Of a DNA stretch of 64,000 bases, positions 9,505 to 20,178 are shown one piece after another. The notes under the pieces are model-generated. The model was not told where the DNA came from. It saw only the letters and a list, made by a program, of their open reading frames with translations, and searched no databases. This DNA comes from an uncultured Gemmatimonadales bacterium (GTDB taxonomy: Bacteria > Gemmatimonadota > Gemmatimonadetes > Longimicrobiales > Gaopeijiaceae), in the NCBI GenBank assembly GCA_963823035.1, contig CAWGKG010000010.1:192001-256000 (forward strand). The letters run 5' to 3'. The translations under genes were made by a program, and so were the position numbers. How positions within the stretch are numbered: position 1 is the first letter of the stretch; every line of letters starts with the position of its first letter.

Positions 9505-12250
9505 ATGGCGCACCCGAGGCCCTCCCCGCCCGTCGCTGTCACGCCTTCTCCTGCGTCTTCTGGTACGGGGACCGGACGCGGAGTTCGTGCTCGGGAGACA
9601 TCGAGGAGGACCACGGCCGCATCGCCGAGCGGAAGGGGAGGCGCGCTGCGGCGGGGTGGTACCGCCGTCAGGTAGTCGGGACGCTGTGGGCGTGGACGTG
9701 GCGGGGCGTGGCGACGCCCCTGCGAAGCAACGGCAAGGCCAACCACACGGGAGGGGCGGGGATGGAGACGACGTTCAGAGACGTTCGCTACGCGTTCCGG
9801 GGTCTGGCGAAGAAGCCCGGCTTCAGCGCGTTGGTGGTGGCGACGCTGGCGCTCGGCATCGGCGCGAACACGGCGATCTTCAGCGTGGTGCAGGCGGTGA
9901 TCCTGCGGGCGATCCCGTATCCGGATGCGGAGCGGCTCGTGGACGTGGCCGAGACGTGGGCGGCGACCGCAGCTCCCGCATCCCGACCTCGGCCGCGACC
10001 TACCGCGACTGGAAGGCGGGGACCGCGTCCTTCGACCGGATGGCCCTCACGGCGCCCTACCAGACGCTCGTCTCCACGGACGGCGACGAGGCGGTGCAGG
10101 CTGCGCGCGAACTTCGTGACCTCCGACTACCTCGACCTGCTCGGCGCGCGCTTCCTGCTGGGGAGGGGGATCCTCCCGGAGGAGGACGGAGCGCCGGGCG
10201 AGCACGCGGTCGCGGTGCTGAGCCGGGGCGCGTGGGAGCGCGTCTTCGGCGCCGATCCGGACGCGGTGGGACGCACCGCGATGCTCAGCGGGACGCTCTA
10301 CACGGTGGTGGGCGTGCTGGACGCCTCGTTCGAGGACCTGAACGCCGGCGCGGTGCCCACGGACGTTTTCGTCCCGGCCGGCATGATCGTGCAGATCAAC
10401 GGCGCGCAGTCCTGGGAGCGGAGGGCCGCACGGAGCTTCCAGATCGTGGCCCGCCTCGCGGAGGGGCGCACGATCGAGCAGGCGCGCTCCGAGATCGAAG
10501 CGGTGATGCAGGGCCTGCAGCGGGAGGATCCCGGCACGCTGGGCGACTCCGGCGTGATGCTCACGCCGCTGCGGGACCAGCTCCTGGGCACGCTCGACGC
10601 GCCGCTCCTGGCCCTCCTGACGGGTGCGGTCTTCCTCCTCCTGGTCGGCTGCATCAACGTGGCGAGCCTCATGCTCGTACGCGGCGCCGCGCGCGCCCGC
10701 GAGATGGCGGTCCGCCTCGCGCTCGGTGCGGCACGCGGCCGGCTCGTGCGGCAGCTCACCACGGAGGCGCTGATCCTCGCGTTCGTCGGGGGGTGCTCTC
10801 GGCATCGCGCTCGCGTACGGGACGCTCGGCTTCCTCCTCGACCTGAGCGGCGGGAACCTCCGCCAGCTGGGTGCATGTCCGGCCTCGACCCCGCCGTGCT
10901 CGGTGCGTCCGCTCCTCCTCGCGGTGGCGACCGGCCTGGCGTTCGGCCTCCTGCCGGCGCTGCGCAGCACGCGCGTCGGACCTGCGTACGGCGCTCACCC
11001 GGGGCGACGCCCGCTCCGGGGGCGGCCCGAGCGGGAAGGGGCGGCACGCCCTCGTGGTGGTGGAGGTGGCGTCGGCCATGATCCTCATGGTCGGCTCCGG
11101 GCTGATGATCCGCTCCTTCCAGGAGCTCGCGGGCACGGACATGGGCTTCAGTACGGAGCGGGTGCTCACGGCGAACGTCTCGCTGCCCGACGCTGGGCTA
11201 CGAGACCGGAGAGGCCGTGCAGGCCTTCGACCAGGGGCTGCTCGAGCGGCTGCGCGCCACGCCGGGCGTGAGCTTCGCGCACGTGTGGGGGCCGGGGATC
11301 CCGGGGGCGACCGGCAACTACACGACGATCCTCCCGGTGGGTCGGGAGGTGCGCTCGCAGCTCGACGCCGACCTCATGCGCGTGCACAACGTATCGCCGG
11401 GCGCGCTGGAGGACCTCGGGCTGACGCTCCTGGAGGGGCGCACGCTCACGGCGGACGACCGCGAGGGCTCGACGCGCGCGATCGTGATCAGCGAGGGGCT
11501 CGCCGAGACGCTCTTCCCGGGAGAGGACCCGCTCGGGCAAGCAGGTCAACAACTTCATCCCGCCGGGCTTCGACCCGACGGCCTTCCAGCCGTGGGAGGT
11601 GGTGGGCGTGGTCGCGAACGCCGTGATGGGCGGGCGACAGACGCAGGGCGCCTTCGCCGTCGACCACGACGGGTACTTCAGCTATGCGCAGAAGGGCGTG
11701 CAGGGTACGCGCCAGACCACGGTGCTGATGGGAACGGTAGGGGACCCGGCGGAGATGACCTCGGCGCTGCGGGCGGCCCTGCGGGAGGTGGACCCGGACG
11801 TGCCGCTCTACCTTCCGCGCCCGCTCGATGGAGGTGTTGGGGCAGGAGCTGGTCGTCTCCCGCTTCGTGGCCGTTCTTCTGGGGATCTTCGGCGCGCTCT
11901 CCCTCTTCCTGGCCGCGCTCGGCATCTACGGCGTCCTCTCCCAGACGGTGACGGCGCGCTCCCGGGAGATCGGGCTCCGCGCCGCGCTGGGCGCGCAGCG
12001 CGGCAACACGGTCCGCCTCTTCGTGGGTCAGGGGCTGCGCCTCACGCTCCTGGGCGTCGGAGCGGGCCTGGTGGCCTCTCTCTGGCTGACGCGCTTCGTG
12101 CGCGGGATGCTGTACGGGGTCGCGCCGCACGACACGATCACGCTGGTGGGCACCGCCCTGGTGCTCGTGGCGGTGGCGCTCCTGGCGGCCTGGCTACCGA
12201 CGCGCAGGGCGCTGCGCGTGGATCCGGTGGTGGCGCTGAAGGCGGACTGA
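9505..12250 (+). CDS. ADOP-type duplicated permease with class B prefix, several frameshifts
   Basis: Pieces across frames: [87 protein letters not shown] stop. Confidence 0.85.
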
Positions 12251-12286
12251 GGACGTCGGGGGAGCGCTGTGGCCGCTCCCGCCGTC
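12251..12286. terminator. Hairpin between convergent genes
   Basis: ggacg..gggagcg pairs with cgctccc..cgtcc. Confidence 0.4.
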
Positions 12287-12294
12287 CGCCGGGA

Positions 12295-13947
12295 TCAGCC
12301 GCCGAAGAGGACGCTCGAGCCCTGGTCGAAGACGATGTCGCGCGGGATGCCGAGCCCGTCGAGCTTCACCAGCTCCGCCTCGAGGTCCGGGGGAACCACG
12401 CCCTTCTCCGCCATGAGGCGGGTCACGCCATCGTAGTCGCCGTCGCCCTGGAGCTGGAGGATCACCCCCGCCAGCGCGTCCACGGCCTGGCCCATGGCCG
12501 CATAGTCCACGCGGTACTTCCCGGTGGTCTCGTCCTTCGCGAAGGCGCCGCGGTCACGGAAGAAGTTGAACGTGACCATGTTGGCCTTTCCGTGCGCGTC
12601 GGCGGCGCCGAAGCGCACCGAGCGGAAGAGGCCGGCCAGGAAGGTCGTGTAGTTGTCCTCGACGCTCCCGTCGGTGAGCTCGCCGCGGTCGTAGAGCTGC
12701 TTGACCATATAGAGCCCACCACGTCGGCCTTCTCTTCCTCGAGCGCCGAGGCGTGGTCCTTCAGGGCGCCGCGCACGGTGCCCTTGCCGGTGATCGTGTT
12801 CTTGATGCCCAGGCCGTGCGCCACCTCGTGGAACATCGTGTTCTGGAAGAAGGCGTCGAAGCCCACGTGGCCGTGCTGCTCGTCCACGACGAGCGCGTCC
12901 GCGATCGGCACCATGATCTTGTCGAACTTCGCGCGCATCGCGTTCTCGAGCTGTAGCCTGCGCGTGCCCTTCTGCAGCTGCACCTCCTCGTCGTTCGGGA
13001 GGTTGATCGCGATGGTCTTGCCGCCCGTGTTCGCCTCGCCCGCGTAGTACACCACGTCGTAGGCGTTCAGGTCGGCGTCCGTGCCCGGCGTCTCCGCCTT
13101 GTACTTCGGGTCCACCGGCAGCCCGCGCTGCAGGTCGGGCAAGAGGGCGGCGAAGCGGGAGAGCCGCTCGCTCCACGCCATGGTCCTTGATGAGGACGTA
13201 GCCCTCGTGGCCGGCCTTGTATCCGAAGAGCGCGTCCTCGTACGTCTCGATGGGGCCGATGACGACGTCGATCGGATTGCTCTTCATGTCCATCCAGGCG
13301 AAGTCGCTCGCCTGGTACTCGTCCGTCTCGAGCGCCTCGGCACGCAGGCGCAGGTAGCGCGCGAACTCCTGGTCGCTGGACAGGTCGGCGGCGGCGCGCA
13401 GCTTCGCGGCTGCCGCGGCGTGTTGCTGGGCGAAGGCCACGTGGTAGGGCACCGCCGTGAGGCCGCCGTCGTCTCCGCGCCGGACGAGCGTGTAGAGGCT
13501 CTTCAGCTCCGGGTTGCCGGCGACGGCCGTCTCGAACTCCTCGGTCGTCATGTCCTGCGGATACTGGTTGGCCCCGCGCGGCTTCTCACCCACCCCCGCG
13601 ATGAACGGCTCATTGTCCCGCAGGCGGTCCCACGGGCCGTAGTTGATCTCGATGTACTCGCGCGTCGCCTCGTCGCCGTTGGCGAGCGCGAGGGCGTCGG
13701 ATTCGGCGCCGTACGTCTCCTGCCAGAAGATCGGGTCCATCTGCTGGACGGCCTCGATGAGGAGGCGCACGACCTGCTGGTCGTTGTCGGAGAGCTTCGA
13801 TACGTCCGCGGTCAGGCGGACGGTCGCGTACTGGTCCACGAGAGCCTGCATGGGCGAAGCGGTCGTCTGGGTTTGATCGGCCGGCACGCACGAGGCGGCC
13901 ACGAGAAGGGCGGCGAGCGCGCACGGGACGCGGAGTCGGCGGGACAT
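12295..13947 (-). CDS. M49 (dipeptidyl peptidase III-like) Zn peptidase, lipoprotein, frameshifted
   Basis: Lipobox VAASC; motifs INYGPWDRL, GPIETYED, IAINLPNDE, FHEVAHGLG, ALEEEKAD, FRSVRFGAADAHG. Compensating indels near 13180 and 12715. Confidence 0.85.
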   Translation of the reverse strand: MSRRLRVPCALAALLVAASCVPADQTQTTASPMQALVDQYATVRLTADVSKLSDNDQQVVRLLIEAVQQMDPIFWQETYGAESDALALANGDEATREYIEINYGPWDRLRDNEPFIAGVGEKPRGANQYPQDMTTEEFETAVAGNPELKSLYTLVRRGDDGGLTAVPYHVAFAQQHAAAAAKLRAAADLSSDQEFARYLRLRAEALETDEYQASDFAWMDMKSNPIDVVIGPIETYEDALFGYKAGHEGYVLIKDHGVERAALPLRRPLARPAARAAGGPEVQGGDAGHGRRPERLRRGVLRGRGEHGRQDHRDQPPERRGGAAAEGHAQATARERDAREVRQDHGADRGRARRGRAARPRGLRRLLPEHDVPRGGARPGHQEHDHRQGHRARRPEGPRLGARGREGRRGGLYMVKQLYDRGELTDGSVEDNYTTFLAGLFRSVRFGAADAHGKANMVTFNFFRDRGAFAKDETTGKYRVDYAAMGQAVDALAGVILQLQGDGDYDGVTRLMAEKGVVPPDLEAELVKLDGLGIPRDIVFDQGSSVLFGG

Positions 13948-14102
13948 GTCGAAAAGCCTCCGGAAGGTCGGACAATCCGTCGGCCTGAAGGTGATGGAGG
14001 ATGGGGTCCCGCGCCAGCCGTCGGAGGCCCCGGCGGACGGCCTCTCCGGGCCGGCGCGCCCCCCGTCCGAGGTCCCCGGGCGCCCTTCCAACTTCCTCGG
14101 GG

Positions 14103-14142
14103 TGATTGTCGTCTCACCATGTACTATGACGTTCGACAATCA
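14103..14142. promoter_or_regulatory. Perfect 9-bp inverted repeat upstream of padR (class A), candidate operator
   Basis: tgattgtcg (14103-14111) and cgacaatca (14134-14142); shares TCGACAA with the site at 7380-7386. Confidence 0.6.
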
Positions 14143-14157
14143 AGCGGAGCGGGCGCG

Positions 14158-14487
14158 ATGACGGACAAGGCCGATCTCCTCCAGGGAAGCCTGGACCTGC
14201 TCGTCCTGAAGACGCTCGACCTGGAGCCGCTGCACGGGTGGGCCGTGTCGAAGCGGATCCAGCTCCTCTCCCACGGCGTGCTCGAGGTCAACCAGGGGTC
14301 GCTCTATCCGGCGCTCTACCGGCTGCGGGACCGCGGGCTGATCGCGTCGAGCTTCGGAGAGACGGAGGAGGGGAGGCGCGTGAAGGTCTACGCGCTCACC
14401 GCCAAGGGGCGGCGGGCGCTGAAGAGCGGACGGGAGGGCTGGCGGCTGTTCGCGGACGCGGTGGACGCGGTCCTCGGCGCCCCCTGA
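14158..14487 (+). CDS. PadR-family regulator (class A)
   Basis: [37 protein letters not shown]. Confidence 0.92.
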   Translation: MTDKADLLQGSLDLLVLKTLDLEPLHGWAVSKRIQLLSHGVLEVNQGSLYPALYRLRDRGLIASSFGETEEGRRVKVYALTAKGRRALKSGREGWRLFADAVDAVLGAP

Positions 14488-14508
14488 TCCGGAGCGGGAG
14501 AAGGAGCG

Positions 14509-17151
14509 ATGGGGAGCTTTGGGTGGATCGGACGGCGCCTGGCCGTCCTGTTCCGGAAGCGTGCGGTGGAGCAGGAGCTCGACGAGGAGCTCCGCTACCA
14601 CCTCGAGAAGGAGATCGAGCTGCAACGTGGCGGCGGGGATGTCCCCGGAGGAGGCGCGCCGACGCGCGCTGGTCGCCTTCGGGGGGGTGGAGCGCTTCAA
14701 GGAGGAGGTGAGGGACGTGCGCGGAGCGAGGGTGGTGGACGACCTGGTGCAGGACGCGCGGGTGGCGGCGCGCTCCTTCCTCAAGGCGCCGGCGTTTCTG
14801 ATCGCGGTGCTGGCGACGCTCGGGCTGGGGATCGGCGGCAACGTGGCGATGTTCGGGATCCTGGACGCGTCGCTCTTCCGGCCGCTGCCGTATCGTGAGC
14901 CCGACCGGCTCGTCCTGGGCCGCGTGACGCGGGGCGGGCAAGTGGGAAACACGGTCTCGGGTCCCGATTTCTTCGACTACCGGGAGCGGTCGACCACGCT
15001 GGCGAGCCTCGCGGCGTTCACGCCGTTCGCGCTGTCCGCGACCGTCACGGGCGAGGGGGAGCCCGAGCGGATCGACTACATCCTGGTGTCCACGGGATTC
15101 TTCTCGACGCTCGGCGTGGACCCGGAGATGGGCCGGGAGTTCGCGGGCACCGAGGGGGAGCTCGATGGTCCCCCCGTCGCGGTCATCAGCCACGGGCTCT
15201 GGCAGAGACGGTTCGGCGGCGACCCCTCCGTCCTCGGGCGCAGCCTGAACCTCTCCGGTAGTCCCACGACGATCGTCGGCGTGATGCCGGCGGGCTTTCG
15301 CTTCGTGTTGGATACGGACGTGTGGCTGCCGCTGCAGCGCGGCGGGTCGTGGGCGCAGGCGCGCCAGTTCCACAACTTCGTCCTGGTCGGGCGACTGGGG
15401 CCGGGCACGGGGTTGGAGCAGGCGCAGGCCGACGTGGACAGGATCAGCACGACGCTCGCCGAAGCCTACCCGGACTCGAACCGGGACAAGGGGCTGAACC
15501 TGGCCCCCCTCAAGGAGTCGCTCACGGAGGCGTACACGACGACGCTGGCGGTTCTGGTGGCCGCCGTCGCGGTGCTCCTCCTGATCGCGTGCGGCAACGT
15601 CGCCGGGCTGCTGCTCGCGCGTGGCGCGGCACGCCGGGGCGAGCTCGCGCTCCGCTCCGTGATGGGCGCCGGTCGGAGCCGGCTCGCCCGGCAGCTTCTC
15701 GCCGAGAACGCGCTCCTCGCCCTCGGCGCGGGCGTGCTCGGCGTGGCCCTCGCGGTGTGGATCCAGCGGGGGATCCTCGCGTTCGTGTCCCTCGACAGGC
15801 TGGGGCCCGTCGAGCCGCGGATGTCGGCCTACGACGCTGGGTCGTCGCGCTGGCCCTCTCGGGCGTCACCGTGCTGCTCTCCGGCGTGCTGCCGTCGCTT
15901 CGGGTCGCGCGCGCGGATCCCGCGACCGAGCTGGGCAGCGGAGCCCGCGCGACAGGCGGGCGAGGCGCCACGCGCCTGCGCAGCACGCTCGTCGTGACGC
16001 AGGTGGCGCTCACGGTCGTGCTCCTGGTGGTCTCGGGACTGCTGCTCCGCTCCCTGGCCGAGTTGCGCGGGGTGGCGCCGGGCTTCGACACGCACGACCT
16101 CCTCACCGCGGACGTGCAGATCTCGGGCGGGAAGTATCCGGGCCGGGCCGAGCGCGTCGAGTTCTTCCGCCAGCTCGAGGGGCGCGTCGCCGCGCTTCCA
16201 GGCGTCGAGGCGGTGGGGATGATCACGCAACTCCCCGTCCGCGATCCGGGCGGCAACGTCCGCGTCGACCTCCCGGAACGCTTCGGCAGCGCCGGCGTGT
16301 TCGGCGGGCTGGCCGATCAGCGCTCCGTCCTCCCCGGCTACTTCGAGGCGATGGGGATCCCCCTCCTGTCCGGACGGGACCTGGCGCTGACCGACGACGG
16401 CGACGCGCCTCCCGTCGCCGTGCTCAGCCAGGCCCTGGCCGAGCGGATCTTCGAGGGAGAGGACCCCCTGGGGCGCACGGTCGGCATCGACACGGGCGGC
16501 TCGGAGCCCACCGTCCTCGAGGTGGTGGGCGTGGTGGGCGACGTGGTCATGGACCACCCGGCCAACGGTCCCTATCCCGCCCTCTATGCGTCCTACGCGG
16601 CGCGCGCGGGCACGCTCCTCCGCCTGGCGGTGCGCACCCGTGGGAAGGCGGCGGCGGTGACGGGTGGCATCCGCGAGGCGCTCAGGTCGATGGACCCCGA
16701 CGTTCCCCTCGCGGAGGTGGCGACGATGGACGACGTCTTCTCCAGCGTCGTCTCGGACAACCGGGCGATCGCGGTGGTGCTCGTGCTCTTCGCCGTCGTC
16801 GCGCTCCTGCTGGCGGCGGTCGGCCTGTACGGCGTGCTGGCCTACCAGGTATCGCGCCGGCTCCACGAGATCGGCATCCGCATGGCGCTCGGGGCGAGCG
16901 TGAACACCGTGCTGACGTCGGTCGTGCGGGGCGGCCTCACGCTCGTAGCGCTGGGCCTGCTGGTGGGCGTGCCGGCGTCCTTCTTCGCGGCCCGCCTGGC
17001 CCGGGGGCTGCTCTTCGGCGTCGGCACGACGGATCCCGCGACGTACGTGGGCGTGGCGCTCTTCCTCGGCGCGGTGGCGGGGGCAGCGTGCTTCCTCCCC
17101 GCGTTGCGTGCTGCGCGGGTGGACCCGGCACGCTCGCTCGGCGCGGACTGA
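14509..17151 (+). CDS. ADOP-type duplicated permease with class A prefix, frameshifts near 14620 and 15830
   Basis: ELDEELRYHLE / [63 protein letters not shown]. Confidence 0.88.
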
Positions 17152-17163
17152 GGGGGGGCCCGC

Positions 17164-19420
17164 TCAGAACGCGAAGAGCTTCGTCACTTTCAGGGTCAGC
17201 CCGCGCTCCAGCACCGGCTCCGACACGGCGTCCGCGAGCGAGCGGCGCTCCGTGTAGACGACGAAGAGGTCGGACAGCGGCGCGTGGATGAGGTTGAAGC
17301 GCACGTTGGTGATGAGCTCCTCCGTCTGCTGGTTGTACTGCACGAAGCCCATCAGGAAGGTGCGCACGTCCTTCGCCCACCGGATGCGCGCGTCGTAGAC
17401 GTCGGCGTTGAAAGAGCGACCGCCCAGCTCGAGGGCGTTGTGCTGGACGCCCACGTCGAACGTGAAGTGCGGGTTCGGCCGGAAGCGCGTCGACGCACCC
17501 AGCGAGAGGCGCGTGCCGTCGTAGAAGTCGCCACCCGTCACGCGAAACATGCCGCTCAGCATGTGGCTCCCCGAGAGGAAGTAGCTGGCGCCGACCTCGC
17601 GCCAGCCGTAGCTGCCGACGGGCACCTCGTTCCCCGCGATGGGCGTGGGCTCGAAGAGCCGCTCGAAGCGATCCGACGCCGAGAGCGTGAGGATGCCGCC
17701 GTCCGTGAAGTTGACGGCGAGCGCGGGCGTGAGCGTGCGGCTCTCCAGGGCGCCGTCGAGGTTCTGGTAGAAGTCCGTCTCGAGGTACGGGTTGATCTCG
17801 AAGACCTTGCTGCTGTGCACCTGGGGGTGGGCGCCCAGCGTCGCGTAGAGGCGGCGCACCCCGACGCGGTCCACGAAGCCGAGGCCCGGGTCGAAGTCGT
17901 CGCCGATGTGCTTGAGCAGCACGGACGCGTCCCAGAAGGGGTCGCGCCACGCGGCCTGGAACATCCCCGCGTCGCGACTGCTCCCGGTGGGTGAGCGCTC
18001 GTCCGTGTGCGCGGCGTACGCCGACAGGATCAGATCGTCGAAGAGGGTCAGATTGCCGTCGACGCCGTACGAGCGGTTGTAGTCGCGCGCGCCCGGGCCC
18101 GCCGTCTGCTCGCGGTTCACGAACATCACGCCGACGTTCGAGGCGTCGCCCAGCAGCGTACGCACGCGGGCCACGGCGAAGTTCTCGGCCGGATACAGGC
18201 GCGGGTCGTCGACGGGACCGTCGGAGCGCGTCTGCATCTCCAGGAAGCCGATCTCCGTCCGGTCGGTGAGCTTGCCCGTGAGGCGCGCGCCGCCCGCGAT
18301 CGGCAGGGGGGTGCGGCTCGGCGACAGCCCGATGCGTCGCGAGTGGAAGAGCTTGAAGCTGCGCGTGGACGAGCCCGTCCTGTAGTTGCGGATCGTGACG
18401 TCCTGGAAGGCGAACGTCCCCTCGTTCTCCAGGAAGAAGTCCCGCTTCTCGGGGAAGAAGAGGCTGAAGCGGTCCAGGTTGACCTGCTCCTGGTCCACCT
18501 CGACCTGGCTGAAGTCGGTGTTCGCCGTCAGGTCGAGCGTCATGCGTGGGGTCAGCCCCCACTTCGCGTCGACCCCGCCGTCGGCGTGGTTGTGCGTGCC
18601 CGGCGTGGCCTGCCCCATGGTGCGGCTGCCCAGGGCGTACGGCTTCACCCAGACGTTCCGTCCCTTCTGCAGGTCACGCAGTCCGGTGAGCGTCCCGGCG
18701 AGGGAGAACTTGTACAGCTTGTGCTGGCGCTCGGTCGGCGCCCAGTTGGACTCCTCGTTCAGGTGCCGTATGCGGCGCGAGAACGCGAGCCCCCACACCT
18801 GCTCGCCCTCCACGGGGTTGTAGCGCAGCGTCGCGAAGGGGATCTCCATCTCGACCGTCCACCGGTCGGCCCCCACGGAGGTGCGCACGTTCACGATGCC
18901 CTCCCAGGCGATCGCCACGTCGCGCTGGTCGTTGAACGTCTGCGCGTCCCACACGGCGCCGGCCGGGTTGATCGCGAACAGGAAGCCGTTCTGCTTGTCG
19001 TGGTACGTGTCGAGCGCGATGCCGAAGATGTCCGAGTCGTGCGTCTGGTAGTCCTGCTCCAGCCCCGGAACGATGAGCTTGTCCGGCTCCGACTCGTAGA
19101 GCGTCGCGCCGATGTAGAGCGCGCGCTCGTCGTACAGGATGTGGATCGTCGTCGGCTCGGAGGCGGGGTAGCCCGGGATTCGGCTGCACCTGGATGAAGT
19201 CCGACGTGGACGAGTCCGCCTCCTCCCACGCCGGCTCGTCGAGCCGCCCGTCGATGTGGATCTCGGACCGGATCCGGTGCGCGGCCAGCGACGGCCGGGG
19301 CATGCCGGTCGGGTCGACCGGGTAGTGGACGCCGCCGTTTCCGCCTACCTGAGCGGAGGCGGAGGTGGCGAGCACACCGAGGGCCAGGACGAGCGCTGAG
19401 GCGGGGCGAAGGGGGGGCAT
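17164..19420 (-). CDS. CBM9-like + DUF5916 outer-membrane/secreted protein, frameshift near 19170
   Basis: Signal peptide; IDGRLDEPAW; WTVEMEIPF; NTDFSQVEVD..NLDRFSLFFPEKRDFFLE; LFHSRRIG; beta-barrel-type C-terminus TKLFAF. Confidence 0.85.
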
Positions 19421-19586
19421 CGGTCTCCGGAGGGTGCGACGAAGGCCGAAGGATCGGTCAGGTACCGGTATCGGGCAAGCGCCGACGATGCGGCCCCGGC
19501 TCCAGTTCGGGGACCGGCGTGTCGATACTCAGGTGAAGCCACTGCCGAACGAGGACTGAAATGCGGAGCCACAGCCGGATCGCCGG

Positions 19587-20178
19587 GTGAGGGTCGAACC
19601 ACGGGTGCGAAGCGCACGGGGTCGCGCGAAGATCGCGCTGTTCATGGGGCTCTCTCGCCCTCGCCCCGGGGGTCGCAGCGCAGGAGCTGCCGCTTTCGGC
19701 CGACCTCCAGCTCGGCCTGATCGCGAAGATCCTGACGTTCGACCGTCGGATCGAGCGCTACGGGCCGGAGCTCGTGATCGGCTTGGCCTTCCAGCCGCGC
19801 AACCGTGAGTCGGCAGGCGCCCGTGACGCGCTCGAGCGCAGCGTGGCCGCCGCGGGGGCCCTCGAGGTCGCGGGGATGCCAGTGCGCGTGGTGGAGATTC
19901 CGCTCGAGAGAGACCGGCTTCCCGACGACCTGGCGGGCCGGGTCGATGTGCTGTACCTGGCGCCCATCCGTGGGGATTCGGGAAGGCTCCTGCGTCAGGC
20001 GCTGAACATGGGAATCCTGACGATCACCGCCTCGCCAGGCGCTGCGGACCGGGGAGCCGCCGTCGCCCTCCTGCGGAGGGACTCGCGACCGCGCATCCTC
20101 ATCGATCTGCAGTCGGCACGTCTGGCGGGAGCCGATCTCAGCTCCCGCCTGTTGCGCCTTGCGGTGGTGCGGCAGTGA
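19587..20178 (+). CDS. YfiR/HmsC-family (DUF4154) periplasmic protein; start uncertain, indel near 19660
   Basis: From 19681: QELPLSADLQLGLIAKILTFDR..PRILIDLQSARLAGADLSSRLLRLA, a YfiR-type C-terminus. Stop overlaps the kinase start (GTGA). Confidence 0.75.

Noticed and set aside
9505..12250. Calling the frameshifted permease and others pseudogenes or programmed frameshifts
   Set aside because: Indels are scattered, lack slippery-site consistency and affect unrelated genes alike.
19421..19586. Intergenic region as a riboswitch or sRNA
   Set aside because: No recognisable conserved aptamer motif by eye; an Rfam/Infernal search would be needed.
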